Shown here one piece after another: positions 49,610-59,943 of a stretch of DNA of 64,000 nt. This stretch comes from Phycisphaerae bacterium (GTDB lineage: Bacteria > Planctomycetota > Phycisphaerae > UBA1845 > Fen-1342): positions 1 through 64,000 of the forward strand of contig JASFQK010000030.1 in NCBI GenBank assembly GCA_050115495.1, written 5' to 3'. The notes beneath the pieces are model-generated. The model saw nothing but the letters and a program-made list of their open reading frames with translations, was not told the DNA's origin and searched no databases. Both the position numbers and the translations under genes were made by a program. Each line of letters begins with the position of its first letter. Position 1 is the first letter of the stretch.

Positions 49610-51714
49610 TACGGCTGTTCGGTCAGCGCCGCATGCTTCTCCAGCAGCACGCCGCGGAACGGATCGCCGGCCTGAACCGTCGGCAATAGCCGCTCCAACT
49701 CCCGCTGGGCGTCGTCACGCCGGTCGAGGGCCATGAGCGCCGTGATGTACGTGTCGATGTAGTCCGCCTGCCCCGGAGCGATGGTGATCGCCTGCTCGGC
49801 GTATGGCAACGCCCGCACCGGATCGCGCAGCTCCGGCGGCTGCGCTGTCAGCAGGCTCCACGCCAGATTGTTGCGGGCGGCGGCGGCATGCTCATGACCG
49901 GGCGTCGCGACGTATTCCTCCAGCAACGCGATGGCCGTGCGGTGATCGCCGCGCTGCGTGCAGATGTCCGCCAGTGCGACCTGCCCCTGTTCGTCGTGCA
50001 CGCCGCCGAGCTTGAAGTAGCGCGCGAGGCACTCCAGCGCCGTGTCTTGCTCGCCGGCTCGCCAGTGCGCCAGCCCCGCCGTGCGCCATGGTGTGCTGTA
50101 CTCGGGACAGATAGCCAGCGCCCGTTCGGCGTCCGCGACGGCCTCGCCGAAATGCTCCGCGTTGTACGCATCCGCCGCCACCGATGCCCACAGCCGGGCC
50201 GAACGCGGCTGCCGCAGTGCGTCCACGAGATTCAGCCGCGCCGTGGAATGGAACTCGCCGTTGCGCTGCACCGTCAGAACCGCGCAGAAGATGCCGACGC
50301 CACAAACCGCCGCCAGCAGCGCGATGGACGCCGGTCGAAAAAGGGGACCGGCTGCGCGCCGCAGACCCTGCCCATCGCCGGACGATGCACCTGGCGCGGT
50401 GCCTGTCCCCTTTTTCGACAGCATGCGCACAGCACCCTGCACGATCACCCCCGCCAGCAGGCACCAGCCGACGCTCGGCAAATACAGCAGCCGCTCGGCG
50501 AAGATCGTGCCGATGACGATGTACGTATTCGAGACGATGCTGTACGTGATCAACAGCGTCCCCAACGCAACCAGCACCACCCGCCGGCGAAACCACGAAA
50601 CCGCCATTAGCCCCAGCATCACGACCAGGCAATCCGCCCCCCACGCCAGCCGCGGATCGCTCCATCGCCGAACGGTGTCGATGGCGGCGTACGAATAGTC
50701 CCAGCTCAGCGGCCGCGGCCAAGCGAGCAGGCCAACCGCCTTGCCAAAAACCGCCAGCGGCGTGCCCCAACGCGCCAATCCAGCACTTTCTCCCGGCTCC
50801 AGGTGATAGTCAGGATGGGCGATCACGTTGTCGACGATGTTGATGGCGGTCGCCGGCCGTTGCAGCGTCCCAAGTGCCGCCCAACGCGCCGCCAATACGA
50901 GCGCGACGCCGCCAAGAAGCGGCAGATAGCAACGCCACAGGCGCAGCCGCCACCACCCCGCCGCTCGGCGTATCTGCTCCACGCGCGGCCGGGCGATATC
51001 CATCAGCAGGACCACGCCCGGTAGCACGAGGACGCTCTCTTTGCACAACGCGCCGGCGGCAAAACACACCGTCGCCACGACCGGTCGGCGCCAACCGCTT
51101 CGACCCGCCGCCCCATCCTGCCACCAGAGCCAGACCGCGGCGAGACCGAACAGCGCCGCCGCCAGATCCGCCCGTCCAACGATCGGATTGAGCGCATCGG
51201 CGTGGATCGGGTGAACGATGAACACGCTCGCCCCAGCCAGTGCCGCCCACGCCGACCCCAGCAGCGCCCGCCCCCACAGGAACAGCAACAGCCCGACGCC
51301 GGCGTGCAGCAGCAGGTTCGGCAGGCGGAACGTCCACGGCGCCTCGCTCACCGCCCAGTTCAGCCCGTAGCTCAGGCTCACCAGCGGGCGATACAACAGA
51401 TCGGCGTCCGGCTCGTTCCAGTACGCACCGGTGACGAGCGCCCCGAGCCGCCCCTCTTGCACGCGTGCATCGCGCAGAATCGCCAGTTTGTCGTCCGTGA
51501 GGAAGGGGTTAGCCAGTGCGTTGCCGTACACGGCGAACGTCAGCAGAACGAGCCACGCGCCCGCCAGCCACACGGCCCACCCCGACCACCGTCGCCCGCC
51601 CGCCGGCGGAGCAACCTGCGCAGCCGCTGTACCGCGATCTCTCCGGTTCGTCACGTGCCGTGCTCCGTCGTCCAGCGCCGCGGCCACCCACCGCGCGATT
51701 ATACAACATACCAC
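49609..51714 (-). CDS. TMTC-like GT-C membrane glycosyltransferase with TPRs (start uncertain)
   Basis: FLTDD, YRPL..LSY, NLLLH, F.VHPIH..A...IVGRADL, CKE, LSWDYS, AERLLYLPS. Confidence 0.85.
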   Translation of the reverse strand: MVCCIIARWVAAALDDGARHVTNRRDRGTAAAQVAPPAGGRRWSGWAVWLAGAWLVLLTFAVYGNALANPFLTDDKLAILRDARVQEGRLGALVTGAYWNEPDADLLYRPLVSLSYGLNWAVSEAPWTFRLPNLLLHAGVGLLLFLWGRALLGSAWAALAGASVFIVHPIHADALNPIVGRADLAAALFGLAAVWLWWQDGAAGRSGWRRPVVATVCFAAGALCKESVLVLPGVVLLMDIARPRVEQIRRAAGWWRLRLWRCYLPLLGGVALVLAARWAALGTLQRPATAINIVDNVIAHPDYHLEPGESAGLARWGTPLAVFGKAVGLLAWPRPLSWDYSYAAIDTVRRWSDPRLAWGADCLVVMLGLMAVSWFRRRVVLVALGTLLITYSIVSNTYIVIGTIFAERLLYLPSVGWCLLAGVIVQGAVRMLSKKGTGTAPGASSGDGQGLRRAAGPLFRPASIALLAAVCGVGIFCAVLTVQRNGEFHSTARLNLVDALRQPRSARLWASVAADAYNAEHFGEAVADAERALAICPEYSTPWRTAGLAHWRAGEQDTALECLARYFKLGGVHDEQGQVALADICTQRGDHRTAIALLEEYVATPGHEHAAAARNNLAWSLLTAQPPELRDPVRALPYAEQAITIAPGQADYIDTYITALMALDRRDDAQRELERLLPTVQAGDPFRGVLLEKHAALTEQP
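50334..50419. mobile_element. Copy of the palindromic element inserted in frame in the CDS
   Basis: GTCGAAAAAGGGGAC...AGACCCTGCCC...CGGTGCCTGTCCCCTTTTTCGAC; encodes SKKGTGTAPG...AAGPLFRP. Confidence 0.8.
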
Positions 51715-51846
51715 CTGCTACCCGCCTCGCTTGAACACCCCCGCCCCAGGCGTTCCAATGCGCATAGCGAGACGCGGGCGCCCAGCGGATCGCTGACCCG
51801 CTCGACGCCGGCCGCTCGAACACGGCCACCCTCCCGGAGACACCGC

Positions 51847-53127
51847 ATGACCGCTTACCGCCTCGCCGTGACGCTGGCCCTGCTCGCCCTCGGCTGCTGC
51901 TGCACACCCGCCCAGACCACCCAGCCGGCCGAAGGCACCTGGACACCCCTTCTCCACGGCGACACGCTGGACGGCTGGACCCAGCGCGGCGGCGGAGCCA
52001 CGTACCGCGTCGACGACGGCGAGATCATCGGCCAAACTGTCCCCAACACGCCCAACACCTTCCTCTGCACCGACCAACTCTACGGCGACTTCATCCTCGA
52101 ACTCGAATTCAAGGTCGATCCGCGGCTCAACTCCGGCGTCCAGATCCGCAGCAACAGCGTGCCCGGCTATCGCCACGGCGTCGTGCACGGCTACCAGGTC
52201 GAGATCGACCCGTCGGACCGCGCCTGGTCGGCGGGCATCTACGACGAAAGCCGCCGCGGCTGGCTCTGCGACCTCGAGAAAAACGAAGCCGCCCGCCAGG
52301 CCTTTCGACAAAACGAATGGAACGCCTTGCGTATCGTCGCCCGTGGCCCGCGCATGCAGACCTGGCTCAACGGCGTACCCGCCGCCGACCTAACCGACGA
52401 CCTGACCCGCACCGGCTTCATCGCCCTCCAGGTGCACGGCACAACGTCGACCGAGCCGCTCGAAGTCCGCTGGCGCAAACTCCGCATCCAGGATCTCGGC
52501 ATCCCCGACCGCACGCCCCCCGCCGGCGCCATCGTCCTGCTCGACGCCGGCGGCGATCTCTCCGCGTGGCAACATCCCGACCGACCCGGCCAGACCATCG
52601 GCTGGAAGTTCCACGACGGCGCCCTCGAAATCGAGCCCGGCACCGGCAGCATCATCACCCGCCGCCCGTTCGGCGATTGCCGCCTGCACGTCGAGTTCTG
52701 CACCGACGACAACGGCCAGACCGGACAAGCCAACGGCAACAGCGGCGTCTACCTCCAGAGCCGCTACGAGGTGCAGGTCCTCAACTCCGCCGGCCAGGAG
52801 CCCGCTCTCGACAACTGCGGCGCCATCTACGGCGTCAAGGCCCCGGACATGAACATGGCCCTCCCCGCCGGCCAGTGGCAGACCTACGACATCACCTTCC
52901 GCGCCCCGCGCTGCCAGCCCAATGGCGAGAAACGCTCTCCGGCGCGCCTGACCGTCTACCAAAACGGCACCCGCATCCACGACAACGTCGAGATCCCACA
53001 GAACACCGGCACCGGCCAGCCGGAAGCCCCGGGCGACGCCCCCCTCCTGCTCCAGGACCACGGCAACCGCATCCGTTACCGCAACATCTGGATCGCACCG
53101 CTGCCTGCCGCCGCCGAAGACCAGTAG
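51847..53127 (+). CDS. Tandem DUF1080 (3-keto-glycoside hydrolase) protein
   Basis: Two domains: LNSGVQIRS..GYQVEI..GFIALQVHG and GNSGVYLQSRYEVQV..LLQDHG. Confidence 0.9.
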   Translation: MTAYRLAVTLALLALGCCCTPAQTTQPAEGTWTPLLHGDTLDGWTQRGGGATYRVDDGEIIGQTVPNTPNTFLCTDQLYGDFILELEFKVDPRLNSGVQIRSNSVPGYRHGVVHGYQVEIDPSDRAWSAGIYDESRRGWLCDLEKNEAARQAFRQNEWNALRIVARGPRMQTWLNGVPAADLTDDLTRTGFIALQVHGTTSTEPLEVRWRKLRIQDLGIPDRTPPAGAIVLLDAGGDLSAWQHPDRPGQTIGWKFHDGALEIEPGTGSIITRRPFGDCRLHVEFCTDDNGQTGQANGNSGVYLQSRYEVQVLNSAGQEPALDNCGAIYGVKAPDMNMALPAGQWQTYDITFRAPRCQPNGEKRSPARLTVYQNGTRIHDNVEIPQNTGTGQPEAPGDAPLLLQDHGNRIRYRNIWIAPLPAAAEDQ

Positions 53128-53134
53128 GAACGCC

Positions 53135-54415
53135 ATGAAACGGACCAACACGCTCTCGCGCCGCCGTTTCCTCCAGCAAGCCGGCCTGCTCGCCACCGCC
53201 CCGCTGCTCGTGCCGGCCACCGCCCTCGGCCACGCGGGCCGCCGAGCCCCCTCGGAGCGCATCACGCTCGGCCTCATCGGCCTCAAGAAGATGGGCCGCG
53301 CCCACCTCGACCTGCTGCTCGGCGATGGCGACGTGCAGCTCGTCGCCGTCTGCGACGTAGACCGCAGCGCCCGCGACGAGGCCCAGCGGAAGGTCGACCA
53401 GCACTACGGCGCCGCCCGCCGGGACAGCCACCACGCCGGCTGCGCCGCGTACAACGAGTACGAGCGGATCATCGAGCGGGCAGACATCGACGCCGTGGTG
53501 ATCGCCGTACCCGAGCACTGGCACGCCATCATCGCCATCGCCGCCTGCCGTGCCGGCAAGGACGTCTACTGCGAAAAGCCGCTTTCTCTCACCATCCACG
53601 AAGCGCAGGAGATGGTCCGCGCCGCCCACCGCTACGACACCATCTTCCAAACCGGCAGCCAGCAGCGCTCCGATGCCCGCTTCCGCTTCGCCTGCGAACT
53701 GGTGCGCAGCGGCCGCCTCGGCGAGATCCGCAGTGTGCACGTCGACGTCGGTCCGCCTTCGCAGGACATCCCCCTGCCCGCCGAGCCAGTCCCCGACGGC
53801 TTCGACTACGACCGCTGGCTCGGCCCCGCCCCCTGGGTCCCCTACAACAAGCTGCGCTGCGGCTCGTACTACGAGGACGGCTGGCGCCGCATCCGTGACT
53901 ACTCCGGCGGAAAGATGACCGACTGGGGCGCCCACCACTTCGACATCGCCCAGTGGGGTCTCGGCATGGACGGCAGCGGCCCCGTCGAGATCGTCCCGCC
54001 CGACGAGCAGCGTGGCACACCCCTCACGTACCACTACGCCAGCGGCGTGCAGGTCTTCCACGGCGGCGCCGACGGCGTGCTCTTCGTCGGCACCGAGGGC
54101 CGCCTCGAGGTCAACCGCGATCACCTCACCACGTGGCCCGACACGATCGCCCGCTCGCCTATCACCCCCAATGAGGTGCATCTCTACGAAAGCCCCGGCC
54201 ACCATCAGGACTGGCTCCGCTGCATCCGCGCCCGCCGCCGACCCATCTGCGATGTCGCGATCGGCGCCAGCTCCGTCACGGTGTGCCACCTGGGCAACAT
54301 CGCCTGGTGGCTCGGCCGCCCGGTGAAGTGGGACCCCGCGAAGCAGGAGATCATCGGCGACGAGGCCGCCGCCCGCTGGCTGGACCGCCCGAAGCGGGCC
54401 CCGTACCGCCTGTAG
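53135..54415 (+). CDS. Gfo/Idh/MocA oxidoreductase, Tat-exported
   Basis: SRRRFL; PEHWHA; GKDVYCEKP; QTGSQQRS; DWGAHHFD. Confidence 0.95.
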   Translation: MKRTNTLSRRRFLQQAGLLATAPLLVPATALGHAGRRAPSERITLGLIGLKKMGRAHLDLLLGDGDVQLVAVCDVDRSARDEAQRKVDQHYGAARRDSHHAGCAAYNEYERIIERADIDAVVIAVPEHWHAIIAIAACRAGKDVYCEKPLSLTIHEAQEMVRAAHRYDTIFQTGSQQRSDARFRFACELVRSGRLGEIRSVHVDVGPPSQDIPLPAEPVPDGFDYDRWLGPAPWVPYNKLRCGSYYEDGWRRIRDYSGGKMTDWGAHHFDIAQWGLGMDGSGPVEIVPPDEQRGTPLTYHYASGVQVFHGGADGVLFVGTEGRLEVNRDHLTTWPDTIARSPITPNEVHLYESPGHHQDWLRCIRARRRPICDVAIGASSVTVCHLGNIAWWLGRPVKWDPAKQEIIGDEAAARWLDRPKRAPYRL

Positions 54416-54564
54416 CCACTCGCACCGGTTGACCCCGCTGCGGCCGAGGGCGAGAATTGCGTCTTCGGTCCGGGAGTCTCACGTTCACCGCGGACCGTGG
54501 TGCGGGACAAACCAAGCTCGGTTTCCGCGGTGCATTCAACTATCGCACGCAAAGGAGGATCGTC

Positions 54565-55848
54565 ATGCACGCAGGCAAGCTCTTCTCGCTGGCCGTTGTA
54601 TTGGCCCTCGCCCCCTTCGCCTTCGGCCAGGTGAACTTCGCCACCGCGGTGGACGTCGCCGCCGGTGACGGCACGCAGACGTTCGAAGGCGCCGCCATCG
54701 CCGCCGGCGACTTCGACGAAGACGGCGACATCGATCTCGTCGTCACCAGCACCAACCTCGACCTCGTCGGCGACCCCGTCGTCATCCTCGCCAACAACGG
54801 CAACGGCGGCTTCACCATCGCCGACAGCATCGACCTGCGCCGCCGTCCCGCCGCCGCCGTCGCCGCCGATCTGAACGACGACGGCCACCTCGATCTGGCC
54901 ATCGTGCTCCTCGCCGATGACGAGGTTGCCGTCCTGCTGGGTGACGGGACCGGTGCCTTTGGCGCCGAAGAGCGCTACTTGACCGGTAACGGCCCCGTGC
55001 ACATCACCGCCGGCGACGTCGACGGCCAGAGCGGCCTCGACCTCGTCGTCGCCAACGAGCAGGCCGACACCATCACCGTCTTCTTCAACGACGGCGACGC
55101 CAACGCCACGTTCACGATGGCCCTGGACGTCGTCGTCTCCTTCCAGGACGGCCCCTCCCGCTCCGAGCCCAACGGCACCGCCATCGGCGACTTCGACGGC
55201 GACGGCGACAACGACATCGCTGTCAGCCTCGCTGCCCGCAACCAGGTCGACGTGCTCTTCAATGATGGCACCGGCGACTTTGGGGCCTACGTCCTCTACG
55301 ACGTCGGCGGCGATCCCGAGGCCATCGCGGCCGCCCTGCTCAACGATGACGCCTACGTCGACCTCGCCGTCGCCAACCGCACGGACGACACCATCAACGT
55401 CCTGCTCAACAACGGCGCCGGCGCCTTCACCGTGCTCGCCGCCACCGCCGCCGGCAACGCCCCGACCGACCTCGTCGTGGCCGACATGGACGATGACAAC
55501 ATGCTCGACCTCGTCACCGCCAACCGCGAAGGCGACAACGTCAGCGTCCTCCTCGGCGACGGCGACGGTACGTTCGACGCCCCCGACAACTTCAACGTCG
55601 GCGGTGGCCCCGTCGGCCTCGTGGTCGCAGACCTCGACGACGACGACCTGCTCGACATCGCCACCATCAATCAGGAGAGCAGCCTGACCGACCAGGACGA
55701 GGTCTCCATCCTGCTGGCCACGGAGGAGGACGAGCCGGGTACCGACGGCAGCACGGTCCTGCCCCGTTGCGGGAACTTCGGCGGCCTGCCGTTCTTCATG
55801 ACCGTGTTGGGTCTGGTCGCCATGAAGCGACGCGTCGGCCGGCCGTAA
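54565..55848 (+). CDS. FG-GAP/VCBS repeat protein with C-terminal Cys-Gly/TM/basic tail
   Basis: Seven xDxDxDGxxD-type repeats; PRCGNFGGLPFFMTVLGLVAMKRR. Confidence 0.85.
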   Translation: MHAGKLFSLAVVLALAPFAFGQVNFATAVDVAAGDGTQTFEGAAIAAGDFDEDGDIDLVVTSTNLDLVGDPVVILANNGNGGFTIADSIDLRRRPAAAVAADLNDDGHLDLAIVLLADDEVAVLLGDGTGAFGAEERYLTGNGPVHITAGDVDGQSGLDLVVANEQADTITVFFNDGDANATFTMALDVVVSFQDGPSRSEPNGTAIGDFDGDGDNDIAVSLAARNQVDVLFNDGTGDFGAYVLYDVGGDPEAIAAALLNDDAYVDLAVANRTDDTINVLLNNGAGAFTVLAATAAGNAPTDLVVADMDDDNMLDLVTANREGDNVSVLLGDGDGTFDAPDNFNVGGGPVGLVVADLDDDDLLDIATINQESSLTDQDEVSILLATEEDEPGTDGSTVLPRCGNFGGLPFFMTVLGLVAMKRRVGRP

Positions 55849-55880
55849 CACCCGCCGCTCGCTTCAGTAGATGTGACGCG

Positions 55881-56957
55881 CTAGCGCGGCCAGCGCTGCT
55901 CCACCGGCGGAATCGCCGGGAAGGCAGCGTGTGGCTCGACTTGGTACCAGTATGCCGTCGACGCGATATCGTCCGTCAGCGGCTGAAACTTCCCGTTCGG
56001 CCACCAGCCCAGCGCCTGCACGGTGACGCGCAGCCGTTGCCGAAACCGGATCGGGTCCATGATGTGCCAGCGGTACAACCCGTACTTCGGCACTTCATTC
56101 GGCTCGTGCCGGACGAGCGGCAGGCCCAGGTACGGCGTCGAGTAGGGCTCCTCGCGCCCGTCCGGTCCGCCGAACCCCCACGCGCCGCCGAAGTAATCCT
56201 CGGTGCCCGTGCCGCAGATCGTCGGATGCTGCGCATCGTCGTCAATGTAGAACTTGACTTCGCCCTCGCCCCACCAGCCGTTGGATAACTGCGTCCAGGC
56301 GAGGTACGTGCCGACGTAATGGCCGGCCCCGCTGACACCGTCGAGCAGCGTATGCTCCGGATGCTCCCGCTGCGTCAGCGAACGCCGCCACTGCGCGTGC
56401 AGGTACGCGGCGCCGGCGGGAACCTCGCACAGCGCGTACGTGATCTGATAGAAGAACCCGCGAATGCGCTCGCGGTGCTGGCTCTCGATCGTGATCCGCG
56501 CCCCCTGCCGAAACGGCATCGGCCAGTAGCAGTTAAAGCCACCGGCCGGATTCACCGCGACCGGCAGCGAGTTCACCTTCGTCCGCAGCGCGTGGCCGCA
56601 CGCGAAGAAATCGCCCAGCGGCACTTCGATCGACGGCGTCGCCTCGCCGTCCCAGTACATGCGCAGATTGCAATCGCGGTACGTCTTCACGTCGGCGGTG
56701 ATCCAGATGTGCTGAATCAGCCCCGCGCCGGCGATGTCGGCCAGCACCACCGTCTGCCCCGGCTCCAGGTCGATGCACGGCCGCACCTTCCAGCCCGGCC
56801 CCAGGCCCGACGCACAATCGCTCGGCCCCGGCACGGCCCGCGCCCCGCCGCCCTTCTCCCCCGTCGGATTCTCCGCACAGATCGAGCGCGTCTCCGCCTC
56901 GCTCAGCAGCGGCAGGCTGGCCAGATTCGTCGCAAACGGCAGGGGGAAACCGGTCAT
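55881..56957 (-). CDS. Glycoside hydrolase family 172 (DUF2961)
   Basis: ENPTGEKG, IQHIWIT, VPLGDFF, NCYWPMPF, WWGEGEVKFYID, GTGTEDYF. Confidence 0.9.
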   Translation of the reverse strand: MTGFPLPFATNLASLPLLSEAETRSICAENPTGEKGGGARAVPGPSDCASGLGPGWKVRPCIDLEPGQTVVLADIAGAGLIQHIWITADVKTYRDCNLRMYWDGEATPSIEVPLGDFFACGHALRTKVNSLPVAVNPAGGFNCYWPMPFRQGARITIESQHRERIRGFFYQITYALCEVPAGAAYLHAQWRRSLTQREHPEHTLLDGVSGAGHYVGTYLAWTQLSNGWWGEGEVKFYIDDDAQHPTICGTGTEDYFGGAWGFGGPDGREEPYSTPYLGLPLVRHEPNEVPKYGLYRWHIMDPIRFRQRLRVTVQALGWWPNGKFQPLTDDIASTAYWYQVEPHAAFPAIPPVEQRWPR

Positions 56958-56981
56958 TCCCGAGACTCCTGGAAACGTACG

Positions 56982-58865
56982 TCAGCGCTGCGCCTCGGCC
57001 CGCAGACGCGCCAGCGCCTCGCGGTCCGGCAGCCGCACGATCGGATACACGTTCAGCCGCTCGTCCCAATACGGTGACCGGCGATAGAAGAAGTCCAACC
57101 GGGCCGACCCGTCGGCGGCGAACTTCTCATCCGTCGCCAGCCGCTCGGCGAATTCCGCCGCCAGCGCCGGATCCTCCGCCCGCATCCGCTGGGCGATCGG
57201 CTCCATGACGAAACCCGCGCAGTACTCCTTCTGCTCGAAGATCGCGTTCATCAGCCCCCAGGCCACCAGCGAGTCAGGCGACGCCGGCTCGAGCAGCGTG
57301 CCAACCAGCCGCGCCCGCGGCTGATCCATGGGCACGACGAACACCGCGCCAGCATCATAGTCCTCCGTACTCCGCTCCGAACGCACCTCGTAGCTCGGCC
57401 GCTGCCGCCCCTCGTACGATCGCGCCGCCAGCTCGACGTGCTCGAAACGGTACGTCTCTACTTCCAGCCGCGCAGCGTGCCGCAGCCGGAACAACAGCAC
57501 ACCGTGCCAGCGCAGGCGGGCGATGACGTCGCCCCATTCCGCCGGCACCAGATACGCTGCCGGCGGCGCGACGGTCCGCTCGGCCCGCGCCTGCTGATAG
57601 AGCCGCGTCTCGACGTCCACGGGCGCATCGCCGTATTCGAGCACCTGCCCGCCGGTGATCTCGCTATTCCGCCGGCGTATCTCGTACCCGTGGTAGATGA
57701 TCGGTTCCGACTCGTCCGAGCGGGCCTGCGTAAGCACAAGCTGCCCATCCTCACCCGCCCCGAGCTGCCGGCAGGTGCGGTCATCCGCCGCACTGCACAC
57801 CCGGCGCAGCGCCGCCGGATCGCGGTTGAGTTCGCGCAGCACGTGCCACATGAAGTCGTACGTTACGCGCACGCGCCGTTCGTAGCTCTTGAAGGCGTGC
57901 GCCTCGAGCAGCAGCGTCGGCCGATTGCACATCGCCCCATAGCCCGTCGAGAAGCGCGGCCCGAACGACACCACTGCCTGCACGCCCTGCCCCGGATCAC
58001 CCGCATCGCGTAGACCCGAGTACGGCAACACGAGGTGCCCTTCGTCCGCGAGCGGCGACAGCACCGCCGGCAGGAGCGTCCCGTCGATCCATGCCGCCAG
58101 CTCCGCATCGACCGCCGGCCCGCTATCGATGGCGTAGAACAGGTCGTATCGGTGATCGGCGCCGTTGGTCGTGTGGTTGTCGATCAGCATGTCCGGCTGC
58201 CACTGCCGCCAGCAGCGCAGCCAGCAACGCATCTCGACCGCGTCCGCCTTCGTGTAGTCGCGGTTGAGGTTCAGATTCGTCGCCGTGACCCGCCAGCCCA
58301 TCTCCCGCGGGCCGTTCTGGTTGATCCGGCTGTGCGGACCGAAACGCTCGTGCCCGTCGGCGTTGAAGATCGGCATGATGACCAGGATGACGTGGTCGAG
58401 CAGCTCGCGCTGTTCACCCGTGATGAGAATATCGCGGGCCAGCGCCAGGCTGGCGTCCTTGCCGGCGCACTCGCCCGGGTGGATGCAGTTCTGCACCAGC
58501 ACGATCAGCTTATCCGTGGCCGCCGCCGCTTCGGGCGTAAACGCCCCATCGCGTGAGAGAATCAGCAGTGGCAGCGGTCGTCCCGCCGCACTAAGGCCGA
58601 ACGTCGTGCAGCACGCGTACGGCGACGTCACTCCCAGCCGCCGGCAGAAATCCACGATCTCGTCGTACCGTCCCGTCTCGGCGTAGTCCGTGCGCTCTGC
58701 CCGCGTGCGCCACGCATCGGGCAGTGCTTCGGGTGCGATGTAGTCGGCGAGAACCAGTCCACCCTTCGTCTCCCGATCGGCGGTGCAGCCGGCCAGCCCC
58801 TCCACCACGACCGCCACGCCGCACACCAGCAACCAGCGACCCATCTCAGCTCCTGTTCTTTTCAC
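56982..58865 (-). CDS. M14 family metallocarboxypeptidase, putative lipoprotein
   Basis: IHPGE, NADG, NLNRD, DNHTTNG; LAGC lipobox. Confidence 0.9.
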   Translation of the reverse strand: MKRTGAEMGRWLLVCGVAVVVEGLAGCTADRETKGGLVLADYIAPEALPDAWRTRAERTDYAETGRYDEIVDFCRRLGVTSPYACCTTFGLSAAGRPLPLLILSRDGAFTPEAAAATDKLIVLVQNCIHPGECAGKDASLALARDILITGEQRELLDHVILVIMPIFNADGHERFGPHSRINQNGPREMGWRVTATNLNLNRDYTKADAVEMRCWLRCWRQWQPDMLIDNHTTNGADHRYDLFYAIDSGPAVDAELAAWIDGTLLPAVLSPLADEGHLVLPYSGLRDAGDPGQGVQAVVSFGPRFSTGYGAMCNRPTLLLEAHAFKSYERRVRVTYDFMWHVLRELNRDPAALRRVCSAADDRTCRQLGAGEDGQLVLTQARSDESEPIIYHGYEIRRRNSEITGGQVLEYGDAPVDVETRLYQQARAERTVAPPAAYLVPAEWGDVIARLRWHGVLLFRLRHAARLEVETYRFEHVELAARSYEGRQRPSYEVRSERSTEDYDAGAVFVVPMDQPRARLVGTLLEPASPDSLVAWGLMNAIFEQKEYCAGFVMEPIAQRMRAEDPALAAEFAERLATDEKFAADGSARLDFFYRRSPYWDERLNVYPIVRLPDREALARLRAEAQR

Positions 58866-59634
58866 GGCGGTTCTTCTCCCCCCAGTACAGCACCACGCCC
58901 CCCATATTCATCCGCTGTGCCGTCACCCGGCGGAAACCCACATCGGTCAGCCGCCGCATCATGATCTCCGGCGGCTCGAACGTTTCCATCGACCGTGTCA
59001 GGTAGCAGTACGCCCCGACGTGGTCGCCGGCCACCCACCGCCCCAGCCACGGCAGCACGACCCGGCAATACACGCCATACACCCACCGCAGCACCCGCCC
59101 CGCCGGCGGCGCGAACTCCAGGATCAGCACCCGGCCGCCCGTCCGCAGCACCCGGTACATCTCTTCGAGCCCGGCCTGCAAGTCCTGGAAGTTCCGCACC
59201 CCGAACGCGCAACTGACCACGTCCACCGATTCATTCGCCAGCGGCAGTTGCAGTGCGTCCGCCTCGATGAGCTCCACGGGCACATCCAGGCCCGTGTAGT
59301 CGCCGCGGTCCAGCATCTCCCGGGCGAAGTCCACTCCGATCAGCCGCGCCGGCGGCGGCGAGCCGTGGGCGAACGCCCGGATCATGTCCCCCGTGCCACA
59401 GGCCACGTCGAGCACTTCGTCCGTGGACTGGACGCAAGCGGCGGCCACCGTCCGCCGGCGCCACACCGCATCGCGCCCGAACGTCGCCAGCGTGTTCACC
59501 CGCTCGTACCCGCCGGCGATGGCGTTGAACATCGCCTGCACGCGCTGCGCCTTGTCCTGCTGGCCGTGCGGATCGCGCAGCGCCGCCCGGTCCCAGGCGG
59601 GCGGACGGGACGGTACGGGTGCGGGGTCGGTCAT
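58846..59634 (-). CDS. ubiE: UbiE/MenG methyltransferase
   Basis: VQAMFNAIAGGYE..N, VLDVACGTGD, AFGVRNF, EMYRVLRTGGR..ILEF, AY.YL. Confidence 0.9.
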   Translation of the reverse strand: MTDPAPVPSRPPAWDRAALRDPHGQQDKAQRVQAMFNAIAGGYERVNTLATFGRDAVWRRRTVAAACVQSTDEVLDVACGTGDMIRAFAHGSPPPARLIGVDFAREMLDRGDYTGLDVPVELIEADALQLPLANESVDVVSCAFGVRNFQDLQAGLEEMYRVLRTGGRVLILEFAPPAGRVLRWVYGVYCRVVLPWLGRWVAGDHVGAYCYLTRSMETFEPPEIMMRRLTDVGFRRVTAQRMNMGGVVLYWGEKNRREKNRS

Positions 59635-59726
59635 GGCGGGCGGATTGTAACCGCCCCATCCCCCGCCCGCGCGTGCACCGTACACCTTCCGACGTTCCCC
59701 CCGGTGCCACCGGTGGCTTGCCGGGT

Positions 59727-59760
59727 GCCGGGTGCCACTGGTGGCTTGCCCACCAGTGCC
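59727..59760. repeat. REP palindrome, second family
   Basis: 34 bp, one mismatch to 36982-37015. Confidence 0.8.
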
Positions 59761-59943
59761 GCCTTTCCGTGACGCCCACGCCACGCCCACTGTGCCACTG
59801 CTCTGTGAGCAGTGTCTTCGTCCCGCCAGAAACGCCCCGCCCGCCCCCCTTTTGCCCCTCTGCTCCCTTGCTCCTTTGCTCCTTGGCCCCTCTGCCCCTT
59901 CCCCTCACTGTACCCCCTCACCACCGCCCGCTACTCTGCTCAC

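Noticed and set aside
59855..59905. Pyrimidine-rich 8-mer tandem repeat (CTCTGCTC/CCTTGCTC)
   Set aside because: Simple degenerate intergenic repeat with no supportable function.
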